Assembly (NCBI RefSeq): GCF_006345805.1 | Contig: NC_043006.1 | Coordinates: forward strand, 49,724,001 to 49,788,000 | From: Octopus sinensis | Taxonomy: Eukaryota | Length of the DNA stretch: 64,000 bases | Direction of reading: 5' to 3' | Shown here: positions 13,831-28,016 of the stretch, piece by piece | Layout of the letters: each line of letters opens with the position of its first letter | Numbering within the stretch: position 1 is the first letter of the stretch | The notes under the pieces: generated by a model | What the model saw: only the letters and a program-made list of their open reading frames with translations | What the model was told of the DNA's origin: nothing | Database searches by the model: none | Made by a program: the position numbers and the translations under genes

Positions 13831-13997
13831 ATCGTTTGTGTAGATATGTAAGTTTCTTAACTTATTTTGAAGGAAATTTTAAATACTCACAAGAAATTGT
13901 AGATATTCCAGTCTTTGAGTCCTGCTGGGTTGTATTAGTGTTTCTGCGTCTTCGATTGCTGACTGGTCAGATCAGCAAAGAACACATCCACCCGCTA

Positions 13998-14046
<49 letters not shown>

Positions 14047-14059
14047 TATTATTATTATT

Positions 14060-14275
14060 AAGGCGGCCAGCTGGCAGAATCATTAGCACGCCGGGCGAAA
14101 TGCTTGGCAGCAGTTCGTCCATTCTCACGTTCTGTGTTCAAATTCCACCTGAGTCGACTTTGCCTTTCATGCTTTCGGGGTTGATTAAATAAGTAGCAGT
14201 TACGCACAGGGATCGATATAATCGACTTAATCCCTACCCCAAAATTTGAGGCCTTGTGCTACTAGTAGAAAGGAC

Positions 14276-14278
<3 letters not shown>
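14060..14278 (+). mobile_element. Meta-core SINE
   Basis: AAGGCGGCCAGCTGGCAGAATCATTAGC...GTCGACTTTGCCTTTCAT, between (ATT)n runs. Confidence 0.8.
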
Positions 14279-14374
<96 letters not shown>

Positions 14375-14420
14375 CATCATCATTAGTATTATCATTATTA
14401 TTATTATTATTATTATTATT

Positions 14421-14960
14421 GAGTGAGAGAGCAGTTCATGCCATCAAAGTGACACTGGGGTAAAATATACGAAGCCCAATATACCCATCATGACTACCCG
14501 TCTGATAAGGGTACACCAGGCACATGCATCACAACCATATGTGCGCGACATGGTGATCTCATATCAAGGTAAACAGCGCATGACCTTGCAGGTGGGGCCC
14601 AGTTAGAATTTTATTCAGGTCGAGTAGCCCATCCCGCTCAAAAGGTCCCTGAATAAGGGTTGTTTAAGGATGTTGAACAAAACACCCATGTTTCCAGAGG
14701 TGAACTATTCAAACCCGAAAGAATCCCTCTCAACACATGGCTATGATGCTCCCCCACTACTTCTGCTCGTGATCAGAGATGCACATATCGTCAGCCACTA
14801 AGGGACATGCTCAACTGGTTAAGGTCAAACAACTGACAAGCAAATCTGTGGTATTGAGCAGAATATTTGCTGTAGCCCATCTTTTATACAAAGACAAAAC
14901 AATGTACATGATAACACTTCCAATCAGTTAAGATCAGAAGCCATGAGAGTCACTGCCTGG
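14421..14960 (-). mobile_element. ~560-bp (AAT)n-tailed repeat, copy 2
   Basis: Reverse complement of 1690-2237. Confidence 0.8.
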
Positions 14961-15017
14961 TATATTATTATTATTATTATTATAAAAATAAAAATATAAA
15001 AATAATAAAAAGAATAA

Positions 15018-15060
<43 letters not shown>

Positions 15061-15061
<1 letters not shown>

Positions 15062-15670
15062 TTTTTTTTTCTTCTTTCAAATTTTCTTCCATTTCTTGCC
15101 GAGTGTCTTCCCGACTCCTAGGACAAAGAAACTCATAGTGTATATTGGTAGGCCATTAAACCAAACTCAGTAGTTCGTTAATTTTTTTTTTTTTTTTTTT
15201 TAAGTTAAATTAAAATGCATGAGCCCAAATAGGGCCTACTGTCTTGATTCCGTGTTCCCCATATACTGTAAGAGTTTGCGGTGTGTCTCTCTTGAGATGG
15301 CCTACCTAATGCATAGTAATAAGCGTATATTACTTCTTTATACTCTTCTCGGGTCCATTTGTTCCGCTTACATTTTTCTTTCTGTGGTGGTTGTGGTGGT
15401 GAACTTGGAGGGCTCGAGTTGGGGGATTTCCCGTTCAAGTGACCATCCATGTCCGTATTCGGAGAAGAGTTTGTGCCAGTTGATGACTTTTCGATCCCAG
15501 GCTGGCTCTTCCCTGGGGGACGCGCTTCCAGATTAACCATAGGACAAGCGATTTGGTATACTGATTTAGTTTTCCTTTTAGTTTCCAAAAACATTTTGGT
15601 GCCACGATAATGTTATCATTTTTTTAGCTTTGATTGGCTCGTGGGGAGACGGCCATCATTGCAGTTACAA
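15061..15670 (-). mobile_element. Internally deleted R4/Dong derivative (5' end fused to 3' UTR)
   Basis: 15230-15600 is homologous to the N-terminus at 11710-12080; 15061-15222 is the reverse complement of the 3' UTR at ~6150-6305; (ATT)n on both sides. Confidence 0.85.
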
Positions 15671-15686
15671 TTTATTATTATTATTA

Positions 15687-15778
<92 letters not shown>

Positions 15779-16250
15779 GAGTGAGAGAGTAGTGCATGTC
15801 ATCAAAGTGTGACACTAGGGTAAAATATATGAAGCTCAGTATACCCATCCAGACTACCTGTATGATAAGGGTAAACCAGACACGTGTATCACGACTATAT
15901 GTGCGCGACATTGTTATCTCATATCAAGATAAAAGCGCATGGCCTTGCAGATGGGGCCAAGTTAGAATTTTCTTCCCGCTCAAAACGTCCCTGAATAAGG
16001 AGTGTTTAAGGATGTTGAACGAACCACCCATGTTTCCAAAAGTGAGTTATCCAAATCTCAAAGAATTCCTTTCAACACACGGCTACGATGCTCCCCCATT
16101 ACTTCTGCTCATGATCAGAGATGCACATATCGTCATCCACTAAGGGACATGGTCAACTGGTTAAGGTCAAACAACTGATAAGCATATCTGCGATATTGAG
16201 CAGAATATTTGCTGTAGCCCATCTTTAATACCAAGACAAAACAATGTACA
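15779..16250 (-). mobile_element. ~560-bp (AAT)n-tailed repeat, copy 3 (more diverged, 5' truncated)
   Basis: Homologous to 14421-14910. Confidence 0.75.
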
Positions 16251-16252
16251 TG

Positions 16253-16318
<66 letters not shown>

Positions 16319-18300
16319 GCCTTTGCACAGCTTCTAACGCTGGAGATGTACTACAGTGTCAGCTGTTTACTACCAGTGAACTAAGGTAACACTTCTTATT
16401 TTCCGAGCACCTTCCGGAGTATTCGAGCGGTTCCAAGCACTGCTGTATTCTGCAAGTGCTCCACCCTTATTGTAACCCCTATTTGTTCCACGTACTTCTC
16501 TAGATTTTTGCTCAATGGTCTCAGGGCTCAAACAATTATTCGTACTACTGCTACCTTTTTCATCGACCACAACTGCTTAACTTCCCATGCTATCCTTATC
16601 ATCATCCGTTGCTTTTCCGGTTTTAGTTTGGAGTCCAGTTGTTTTACGACTTTTGTTGTTTCTTCTTTTTCTTCATAGTTATTAGGCACTATGACTTTTT
16701 TTTTCGTATTTGTCAGCTTCTTTAAAAACTGGAAACAGTTTTTTGCTTTGTTCGTGTTTTGTAACTATTTGTATTAGTTTTCCTTGCATCTGATGTATGT
16801 ATTTCTGTAGTCCTAAGGTGGTTATTTTGTAATAGTTCTCTAGCTGTATAAGGCCTCTACCTCCTTCGATACGTTATATTTATACCCTTTCTATGTCAGA
16901 TTTTGGGTGGTGCATCCTAAGTCCTGTCATTATTTTTGTTGTTTTCCGATCTATTTCGATTATTTCATTTATAGTCCAGTTAAGAATATTGCAGCTGTAA
17001 CTTATAACTGGGACGGCTAGAGTGTTAACCTATTATCTTATTTCTCGCATTGAGCTGTTTTCAGTATTAACTCTAACTCGTCTATAGTATTCTTTTCTTA
17101 TCCTCTCTTTCACTGGCGTGAGTTTTATCGTATTTAGTTCATTGATTCCTAAGGATTTGTATGTCTGACTTTAATTTCATGTTTATTTCTTTGGTAAATC
17201 CATGTACTGTCTGTAGTAATGTTTCCAGCTGTTTATCATTTGTAGCGTACAGTTTTAGATCATACATATACAAGAGAGGGTTGATTGTTTTACCGCAACA
17301 GTTTATCTACATTCAGTTCTGTTTGGCATGTCAGATAAAGGTGTCAGTACTAAGTAGAAAAGGAGTGGAGAGAGCGTGTCCCTGGAATATCCCTTTTCTA
17401 ATGGGGATAGATTAGGTTTTTATGAGTCCTTCTTTTGTCTGGAGCTGTAGCTCTTTATTCATGGAATGTTTTATATATTTTATGATAGTTGTTGCTACCT
17501 TATTTTTCTAGTGTTTCTAGGATTCATGTGCGCGGAATACTATCAAAAGTTTTTCGGGAATCAATCCAGGCCATACTTAGACCCTCCTTCTCTCTTCAGC
17601 TATAGCTTTATTGATCAGTAGCGGGTCTTTACAGCCGTATGATCCATTGGAGCATCCCTTCTGCTCTTTTGGAGACAGGTTGTTTTCTTCTAGATGCTTG
17701 CTCATTCTCTCCGATATTATTGAAAATTGTAGGGAGACAAGTTATCGGTCTCTAATTTTGTGGGTTTGTCGTTTCAGTGGATTTGGGAATTAGTATAGTT
17801 TTCTTTTCCGTGAGCCATTCAGGCATTGTCTCTGGCTCTGCTAGTATTTCATTAAACTTCTCGGCCATCTTTTTATGTGTTCCTGTAGGGTATTTCAACC
17901 AGACGTTGGGGATCTTATTGTGCCCGGGTACCTTCCAGTTGCTTAGTTTTTTGCAGTGCCTGGGTAACCTCTTCAGTTGTTATAGGGGTCCAGAGTTGTT
18001 CAGGTGGTGTGTTCGTTGCTTTGATAGACCTCTTTTTGAGGTAGCTCTTTCACTGACCATATTCTTCCACCGTTCCAAAATTCTTCCACTTCCTCTGCTG
18101 CTAGTGCTGCATTGATCTCTATTTTCTTTTCGCCAAGTCCTTGGTAGAATTTTTTGGGGTTTGAACAGAACTGTTTGCTTTATTCAAGAAACGCTGGCGT
18201 TTCTCATACCGACGGATTCTTTGTGCTTTGGCGAGGATATCTTGCTTCAGGTGTTCTTTTACCTCAGGTATACCTTGTTCTGTAATTCTGTATTTACGTC
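16319..18300 (-). mobile_element. Second, decayed R4/Dong family with internal deletions
   Basis: Minus-strand remnants NWKVPGHNKIPNVWLK, EQKGCSNGSYGCKDPLLIN, MAWIDSRKTFDSIPR, GIFQGHALSTP, YMDLKLYA, MHHPKSDIER, GGRGL. The 3' end abuts (AAT)n. Confidence 0.85.
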
Positions 18301-18631
18301 TTCTTCTTCTTCTTCTTCTTCTTCTTCTTCTTCTTCTTCTTCTTCTTCTTCTTCTTCTTCTTCTTCTTCTTCTTCTTCTTCTTCTTTTTCTTCTTCTTCT
18401 TCTCTTCTTCTTCTTCTTCTTCTATTATTATTATTATTATTATTATTATGTTATTTTATATTTTTTCTAGTTACACCTCGCCGAGAAGTAGCCATGAGTC
18501 GGATCTACGCTTTAAATTGGATTTGGTACTTACCGCATAGCTGTTTTACTTGTGAACCCTATTTTATTTTAGCTCACCGTTTCTGGCACCCTATGTGATA
18601 ATGTGCCTAGATTTTATTGAATCCTATAACT

Positions 18632-18715
<84 letters not shown>

Positions 18716-18980
18716 TGTGTGTGGTTGCAGATAGTGTTCTTGTGGGCATCAGGTCAAGAAAAATACTTACGTCGAACGTGAAAGACAGGTGTTCTTGTCA
18801 AACATTCAATTATTCGTCTTCGATTCGAAAACTATCATAGTACAATGCACATGTAACACAAATATATCAAAAGAAAACAAAAAAATTGCATTTTCAAAGA
18901 TTGCCACTGAATAAACGTAAGAATACACAGAACGGTAAAGTCAGTGCATTGAAAATGTCCATATTATTGTAAAATTACTA

Positions 18981-19300
18981 TTTTATTTATTTATGCGCCC
19001 TTTTCAAGCCTAGCCAGGCTCATGGACCAGGTTTCCCGCTTTCTGTGGCGTATGTGTTCCCCACCAGCTGGATAGGACGCCAGCCCATCGCAGCGTTACT
19101 CAAGAAACTGGAAGAGAGAGTGAGAGAAAGTTGGGGCGAAAGAGTACAAAAAGGGTCGCCACCACCCCGTGCCGGAGATCGTGGAGCTTTTAGGTGTTTT
19201 CGCTCAATAAACACACACAACGCCCGGTCTGTGAATCGAAACCGCGATCCTCCGACCGCGAGTCTCTGCTGCCCTAACCACTGGGCCATTGCGCCTCCAC
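18981..19300 (-). mobile_element. tRNA-derived SINE with 15-bp TSD
   Basis: Head with A box TGGCCCAGTGG and B box GGTTTCGATTC; (TAAA)n tail; TSD ATTGTAAAATTACTA at 18966-18980 and 19301-19315. Confidence 0.9.
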
Positions 19301-19315
19301 ATTGTAAAATTACTA

Positions 19316-20200
19316 GGTGATATCAAAATGTTCGTTCCCAGACTAGTTATGTCAAATAACTTATTTACTTACGTTTTAACATCATCGCCTTCGAAATAGT
19401 CACCTTGAGCAGCAATACATCGTTCCTGCCACTTTTGGAATCCAGTCTGGAAGTTGTTTTCCGCAAGCGAGTCGCGGACCTTCTACAATTTGTTCTGGAT
19501 TTCGAAAACGGTGTTACAACGGCGACCATTGAGCTGCATTTTCGTCTTAGGGAAGAGATAGATGTCCGCTAAATCTGGCGAAAAGGGTGGCTGCGGAAGC
19601 AATATCATCTTACTTTTGCTGAGAGACTCGCGAGCTCTGAGAGACTCGCGAGCTCAGAGAGCTCGGTGACAGGGTGCTTTGTCGTATTGAAGAAACCAAT
19701 TCTCTGTGCACCACAGATCTGGTCGCTTTCGTCGAATTTCTTCCCTGAAACGTTTCAAAACGTCGCAGTAGAACTCTTGATCGACGGTCTGACCCTCGGG
19801 GATGAATACTCAATGTACAATACCACATTTCCGGGGGTGACGCTCGTGGCTGTTTTTACAGATCCCTCATCGTTTTGCAAGGACGTTCTTTCGCTTTTGA
19901 AGCGCCTGTGCCACACGAAGCATTGCGTATCAGACATTGTCTCGTCGCCATAAGGCTGTTGCCGAAGCATGCTCAATGTCTCTGTAGCAGACTTCCCAAG
20001 TTTAACACAAATTTCACGTGGCCTTTTTGTTTCTGTTCATGACAAAATCGCAGACTACAGCATATAAGTGATTATAAAAACACAGCGATATCACTCGGCA
20101 CACTGCCTCATGAAGATCATTGCTAGCTCTCACTGCACACGTAACCGAGTGTTACCATCTGCTAGCGCGCTACAGAACAAGTCCGGGAACTTTTTGATAA
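19316..20200 (-). mobile_element. Internally deleted mariner transposon
   Basis: Imperfect TIRs TATCAAAA..GTTCCC(A/G)GACT. HTH remnant YGDETMSDTQCFVWHRRFK, FSPDLA motif, C-terminus FQKWQERCIAAQGDYFEGD. Confidence 0.85.
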
Positions 20201-21385
20201 TTTGTTTTGATAGTTTGTCCTATGCAACGAATAGCGGTTACTGACTGCAAAGCCAACGTTAATGAAGTGCAGAATTTGAGTATAATACGACTGACTGTTC
20301 ACCAGCAGTCAGCATAGAAAACTGGAAAGAAGCTTATTGTATCCACTTCAATTCTGCTTGTAACCTTTGTCATTGTCTGCCAAAGCGTTAGATTTCATAG
20401 AACAGAAAGTGTTCAAATGATCATCTCGAACAAAATGTGTAGGTTTTGGCATGATTCACTAAAAACTATTTCTAATCAGTGAATTGCTATGGTTAAATCA
20501 CGAGATCATTTACGCTGTTTTCAACTACTAAAAAATTTGAAAATTGTAATTGTTTGGCTCCAAATGAATGCTTTCGAGCATCGTAATGGTTGCATTTATT
20601 GGTGTATCAATGTCTGTGTATGTTTGTTTAGAGTACCGTGATGCGTAATACAAAGTAGTCTAAACGAATGTATGGAAGCATATAACTCATGTACGTGTCT
20701 GTGTGTATGTGTGTGTATATGTATTGTATTCTTCTTTTGCTTGTTTCAGGTGTCGGAGTGCACCCATGCCGAAACACCGCATTGAAGGACTTCGTCGCAT
20801 AAATCAGCCCTTCCCAGTGTTCAATCTTTTTGAGTCTGGTATTCATTACGACGATCTCTTTTGTTTGGCCTCTAAACTAAAGGGATATACGCAAAGCAAC
20901 ATCTGTTGTCTAGATGTGAGGACAAACAGAAATTTACACACACACACCACACACACACACATACACATACACATGCACACACATGCACATTAATATATAC
21001 GATGGTCCTGCACACATTTTCTGTCTACCAAGTTCATTAGCAAGGTATTAGACGAAAATACTTGCTTAAGGTGTTACACTGTGGAACTGAAACTGAAACT
21101 ACGCGCTTCGAAGGCGAACTTCATGGTCATGGAGCCATGCTTACGATTATATATAAATGTGTGTGCGTATGTGCGTGTGTGTGTGCGTATATGTGTGTAT
21201 GCATGCACGTATGTATGTATGCATGATTAGTTGAGTTGGTATGTATGTTTGTGTGTATGTACGTGTGTGTGTATATATGCATGCCTATATGTATGTATTT
21301 TTGTATGTATGTATGTATGTATGTATGTATGAGAGTAAATAATATAAATTTTGTCCTATTGTATGTATATATGTATGTATGTATG

Positions 21386-21417
<32 letters not shown>

Positions 21418-22270
21418 TGTATGTATGTATGTATGTATATATGCATGTATGTATGCATGTAGTGGGACTCTACTTCGGGAGTTCCAAGGTTTTGAGAAGT
21501 GTAGAACCACCTCTCAGCCGATATTGTTCTCAGGTATATCATTACCTGGAGTAGTAGCACCTGTCAAGTTCCCAGCGATGGGTTACCTAACAAGTCTGGT
21601 GACAATCCTTAGAACGCAGAGATGTAGAAATACTCTTAGTTGGTGTCAGAGCGCGCAGGAAAGCCACCGCGGATGAGAGGACCCCAGCTGTTGTCACAGA
21701 ATCCTTCAAGGAGAGGGGCACTCTTATGTAAAACCTCTTTACAATGGAGATTCAACGAGCGATACTCGTGTTGTGCAAGCATCTATCGCTATAATCCAAC
21801 GATTTACAGATATCTCTTTATAGTAATCTTATTTGTCATTCCATCTACTGAAGGTCCTAAGGCAATGGAAGAATGGCAGCGTGTGCAGACCTAACTTGTC
21901 GGAAGCACACATTAAGTCACAACTTACCTACGTCACCTATGTTTCAAATCATGCAGCAGGACTGAATAGTCAACTGAAAGATCAAGGACGGAACGTCAGA
22001 AATACATTGACATCAATAAAGCACAGGGAGACAGGAATCATATTTGTGAAAGTAATTACCAAATATATGTGCAAGTGTCTACATAAAGGTGTACATATAT
22101 ATATATATATAATATATATATATAATTATTTGAACTTTGGGCATATGTTTATTACTATGTCGATTAAAGCACATTTACCGTTTCGGCTACCTGATGTCAT
22201 CCACAGTTATGGGATAAATTTCACCAGACCTGCTTCAGGAATTCCGTAGTGTTCGTTTAATTTATAATTA

Positions 22271-22420
22271 AAAAAGATGGATTTGGTACGAATCTTTATT
22301 CAACACGACGATCGTTTCGACCCACCCTACAGGTGCCCCTTACGAGTTTTGTGCAACTAGTGTTGTAGGATAGGTCGAAACGATTGTCGTGTTGATAAAA
22401 ATTTGCATTAAATCCATTTT
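22271..22420. repeat. Imperfect ~150-bp hairpin with half-hammerhead motifs
   Basis: CAACACGACGATCGTTTCGACC...CCTACA versus TGTAGGATAGGTCGAAACGATTGTCGTGTTG. Confidence 0.8.
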
Positions 22421-22485
22421 CCGTTTCCTTCATCAACTATATATATATATATATATATGTACATACATACATATACATGCATATA

Positions 22486-22536
<51 letters not shown>

Positions 22537-24049
22537 TATCGGTTTATCCATGTTTGTATGTATGTATGTATTCGTATATAAATATGTAAACACTTATAAG
22601 CTCTCTGCATGTCTGTTAGACAGCTTGTTGTGAGGAGAAAAGATAATCATGAGTGAAAATTAGTGTCCAGTGATAATTTAAGTCTCGGGAAGTATATGCA
22701 TTAACTGTTAACGTTACTAACTCTAAAACTTAAGTGCTGGAAAGCTAGATTGTTGCTGTCTGGATTACTTCGATTGTGAAATTTGATTACGCAGCTTAGT
22801 GATGTGATAGTTTTACATAGCGCCAAGAATTCTTCCATGTTATATTATATCTTTTGTGCAATTTTTTGCTTAATTCTGAACTTTTTAGCAAGTGATTTAA
22901 CTTGAGATCGTGTGCTGCGATTAAAATAATTACATTGTCGAAGTGTTCTGATAGCCATTTATAACAGATAATCTGCTATATTGACTAGTGTTTTATGATC
23001 ATGAAATATATAATTGCATCACTGAACAGATCGCAGCTATACACTGAAAGTTTTTGACACTTTATGCAATAATAAGTAACACAAAATTAAACAAAAGTGA
23101 ATATAACGACAGCTGTGTGTTTATAATGACAAAAATCTGTCTATGCTCTCACTGAATATTACAATGTTTTATAAGTAAGACATTTGTACAGTTTTGTTTC
23201 TTCTCTATAGCTCAATAAATTCCGTACATTTTATTGACTTTGTGGTTAAATTTTTACTTTTTATCTTTTCTCTTACTTGCTTCAGACATTGGACTGTGGC
23301 CACACCGTGTCATAGCCTTGAAAGTTTTTCGCCGAACAAATCGACCTCAGTTTAGTACTTCGTAAACCAGAATCTGTGACCTTGTTGGGGCATCACTATT
23401 GGACAGCCAACGGGTTCCGAGAAAAAAATGAAAAAGAAAAAGGCAAGGCCGTTGGATTGGTAGAATTAATAGAATGCGGTCAAATGACAGTTTTAATTGA
23501 CATCAATTTCCAAGACAACAAGCTGGCACCAGCGTTGCTGCGCCAGACGTAATACGTAGCAGAATTTCTTTATTACGAGTTCACATGCCACCGGGGTCGG
23601 CTTTGCCTTTCATAATTCAGGATCGATACAATAAGACTGGGGTCAATATAATCAACTTATCTCCTCCCAGCGATATTACTGGCCTTTTACTAAAATTTGA
23701 AATATCGATTCCCTCCCCCACCCCGTACTCGAATTAGTGGGTCGTTGCCGGTATCTGCCTTCCGTGATCGATCACATCAATTATCATTTAACAGAGCAGT
23801 GGATATAAGCGACAGCTCCCTCCCCTACAAACTCTAAATATATATTCCACACATTTTAGTTTCATTTTAATCACATTCATTGGGTCGTTGCATTTGCTTT
23901 TTGTGAAGGTGATTGTAGCAAGTGAAAAGGCGAAAACAAAATCAAAACATATTTTTACTGTTGAATCCAAATCAAATATTTTGTATTTTCTTCATGCATA
24001 TCTGCACTGAAGCCTATATGTAATTATATAGAAACACATTCACGCTTTT

Positions 24050-26030
24050 ACAAGAATCAAAGATAAATAAAACGTATTCTTGTGCATGCCTACGCCCATG
24101 TCTTGCCCACCTACATGCTGATAATAAGAGCGTCTAATTACGCGAAACTATATACAGACCTACAATTTTAAGGCGTGAGTTTGGGCGGGGGTGTGGGTTC
24201 GCTATCAATGTTCCTACATTTGAGCTTTTTCCAAATGATTTTGTTTTGATTTTTACGGCACATTCCCTACTTTCTTATAGCATATATAACAAGTATATTA
24301 TATTTGTTTTATGTTCAGTTGGCTTTCTCTCAAATGTTATAGTTATTTTTGGTGACAGTTGTTTCTAGTTTATTACCACTGATTTTGTTTTCTTTATATT
24401 ATTTCTTTTCTATAGGAAATCACTTTGACATTTACTGTTGGTATAAATTGTTGGTCATCCATGTTAAAGTGTGTCATCTGCATATGTAAGGTTGATGACA
24501 TCCATACCTACTGTTGGTATTCTCATATATTACACAACATATACTTATTAGAACTAGGATATGATTATTTAATACTTCCAATATTTCTGCTAGTAAAAGC
24601 AGCGAGCTGGCAGAATCGTTAGCACACCGGGCGAAATGCTTAGCTGGATTTCGTCTGTCTTTACGTTCTGAGTTCTATTTCCGCCAGGGTCGAATTTGCC
24701 GTTCATCTTTTCGGGATTCGATTGAATATATACCAGTGAAACATTCGAGTCCATGAAACCGACTTATCCCTTCCCCCGAAATTGCTGGCCTTGTGCCAAA
24801 GTTTGAAACCAATATTTCTGCTAGCATTTCATATACTCCAGTTGCCTATCCATCATTCATTCACTATATTACCTTTCCTTTTTCGTTAAAGGTTTTGTTT
24901 CTGTTAGCATCCTCGAAATTGGGCACAGGTAGTCTGTTTCCATCATCCTACAGTTTTTCGTATTCAAATTATAGAATTTCTATTTTGTCTACACTTATAT
25001 TTGCTATTTACTATATTTCATATTTTTCTTTAGATTTGTGCTGATTATCAAACTTTCCAGTTTCTTTTGGCATTGATCATCTAACCAATTAGTTTTTTGC
25101 TTTTTCTGCATTCTGAACATAACACATTATTTAGATTTTATATCTATCTAGATCTTTATTTTTGTAGTTCATTTCTACATTTTTAACGAATTTCATGAGT
25201 TATCATTTTCATTCTTTATCTTTCCCTTTAAGGCGGTGAATTTTAGAGTTATTTACATGCATATTTTATGTGCCATTTTTTTAAAATTCGTTTTCCCACC
25301 AGTTTTTTGGTTCAGTTATTTTTTTTTTCTTTATTTTGTGAATATTAATTCTTGTTTCCTGTTTTCACAATGATTTGTCTTTTTTTACGTTTTTCTTTGT
25401 TTTAGCAAATTTAAGTTTGTTTTTGTCTTTGAGCCATTTTCACTTTTTGATTTTAAAGTTTGATTTTAAAGTTGATTTGTTACTTAATTACCATAGGATT
25501 ATGATCTAGGAATTTGTTTTCAAGTTTCACACAGTTTCATAACCGTTTGTTTATCAATATATAATCTGATTTGTTCTGTCACCTGGGTTTTTCCATGTGT
25601 ATGACTTTTTTGATGATTACTAACTTCTAAATTATTTCTTTCACGGGGAGATCCGTTGGTAACCTATTTTATTTCTCGGTAGAGAAAACATGAAGTCTTC
25701 CCTCATAATTATTTTTTTAGCTTTGTTGTACTTTTACTGAATTTGGATTTATTAGTAGAATCCCTTTAGTTCATTATCATTTTTTCTTGTGCAAGAACGA
25801 TTACCGGTATGATATGGATACTGAAAGCTTCCCTTTGTTTCCTCATTACCGTTCTATTTGAAAATTTGCAGTATCTATTTAACGTTCTGCTATAGCATTC
25901 TTCATTATGACTCCTATTCATTTTCTACGCCCTCCCCTTTCCCATCATAATACAATTTGGATAACTTTCCCATTGCAATTTTACTATCATTTGCCCATGT
26001 AGATTCAGATATTTCCGTGAGGTCCATTGT
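24050..26030 (-). pseudogene. Very old LINE remnant (RTE-like, uncertain)
   Basis: Only faint motifs (RWARH near 24100; KPLTKRKG near 24880); interrupted by a SINE at 24597-24815. Confidence 0.3.
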
Positions 26031-26090
26031 TTTCTGACTCCAGTATAATATTGTCAAATATTATATATATATATAGATATATATATATGC

Positions 26091-26158
<68 letters not shown>

Positions 26159-26195
26159 CATACATACATATATACACACACACACATATACATAT

Positions 26196-26521
26196 ATACA
26201 AAATTAAGGGGAATGACCACTAAAGGGGACACCTAATATGCTAAACATAGACGTCAAATCGCCATTACCACGAAGAATGTGTTCTCGAGAAAATTCTCAG
26301 CAAAGCGCCAAAATGTAAAAATAAGCAAGACAAATGAAAATATACGAAATAAAAAACGATTACCTACGTAACAATGGTTTCACTTGTGAATATCTACGTA
26401 TGCTAGCACGTTATTGCTTAGATTTTTCTTGAGAAGAAATTATTCTTGGTAATGGCGATTTGACGTCTATGTTTAGCATACTAGTTGTCCTCTTTAGTGG
26501 TTATTCCTCTTAATTTTGTAT
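26196..26521. repeat. Diverged inverted repeat (~110-bp arms) in (TA)n, pLTR- or MITE-like
   Basis: ATGCTAAACATAGACGTCAAATCGCCATTACC versus GGTAATGGCGATTTGACGTCTATGTTTAGCAT. Confidence 0.85.
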
Positions 26522-26633
26522 GTAACACAATTTTTAATCTTCAGATTTTTTAAATATGCTAAATCACTGGTTTTAATTGATTAATATCAATTTCTACCCT
26601 TATTATATATATATATAGATATATATATATATA

Positions 26634-26688
<55 letters not shown>

Positions 26689-27955
26689 AAATATGTTTGT
26701 ATGTATTCGCTTTGGGTGTCTCTATCTACCTTTCCACCTACCTACCTATACAGTATGACTGTACATATGTGTATTTGTGTATCGAGCATGTTTGTGTGTT
26801 CATATATGTATGTATGTAAGTATGTATGTATGTATGTATGTATGTATGTATGTATGTATGTATGTATGTATGTATGTATGTATGTATGAATGTATGTATG
26901 TATGTATGTATGTATGTATGTATGTATGTATGTATTCACGGCTTTATTAATAATTCGCAGAATTTACAGAGTGACCCAAGGGCAGAGAGTTTTATGCCTT
27001 AGCACTTAACTTAGTCGATTATTAATAAGAAGCGTATACATGTTCATGTTATGAGTTCTATTTTCCTGTTTGCATCACTAAAATCCTCTATGTGTGTATG
27101 TATGTATGTATGTATGTATGTATGTATGTATGTATGTATGTATGTATGTATGTATGATGTATGTATGTATGTATGTATGTATGTATGTATGTATGTATGT
27201 ATGTATTAATGTATGTATGTATGTATGTATGTATGTATGTATGTATGTATGTATGTATGTATGTATGTATGTATGTATGTATGTATGTATGTATGTGTGT
27301 GTGTGTGAGTATATGTTTATTATATATATATTTGTATTTGTGTGTGTGTGTGTGAGTATTTATATATATTTATATCTATATGTATGTATGTATCTACTGT
27401 ATGTGTTAACTCTCTGATCCGTCATGGTACATATTACTGATCTCAAAATTGATTATCCCATAGGCATGATAGAGTCTACTGCAGAAATTATATTTCTATA
27501 TGTAAGAGAGAGAGAGGGGGAAGGATGGGGAGAGAGAGAGAGAGAAAGTCGAAATATTGGATGAAGCAAGTGTACACAATCATTTCACATCTTATATATA
27601 TATATATATATATATATAGGTGTGTGAGTGTGTATGTGTGTGTGTGTGCATATCTGCATACACACATATATACCAGAACGTGTATCTCTCACATACATCT
27701 TACACCAGTTCACGCACAAGCACATATATATGGCCATACTGACTCTCTTTCACGCATATTTACCCATTGGCGTATTTTATTATTTGTTGTTTTGATTTTT
27801 GTGGCTTCATGGCAATGAACGTTTTATTGCTCATAAATCTGATAACATACACATAATCTGTATATTTACCTATCTCAATGAGTTCATATCACTCTCCCTA
27901 TTTCATCAATCTATGCGACTTTATTAATATAACTATCCATTTGTTTGCCTTATAG

Positions 27956-28016
<61 letters not shown>

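Noticed and set aside
15600-15670. Possible HDV-like ribozyme at the Dong 5' end (CGT-CTCCCC-ACG...GCTAA)
   Set aside because: No P1.1 GG, P2 or P4 could be assigned.
19230-19300. tRNA genes (also 32060-32125, 44275-44345)
   Set aside because: A/B boxes continue into SINE bodies with tails or TSDs, and there is no acceptor stem.
20200-23250. Faint piggyBac-like peptide traces on minus; also hAT-like AVYKDYNLRRH near 49490
   Set aside because: Too degraded to support without a profile search.
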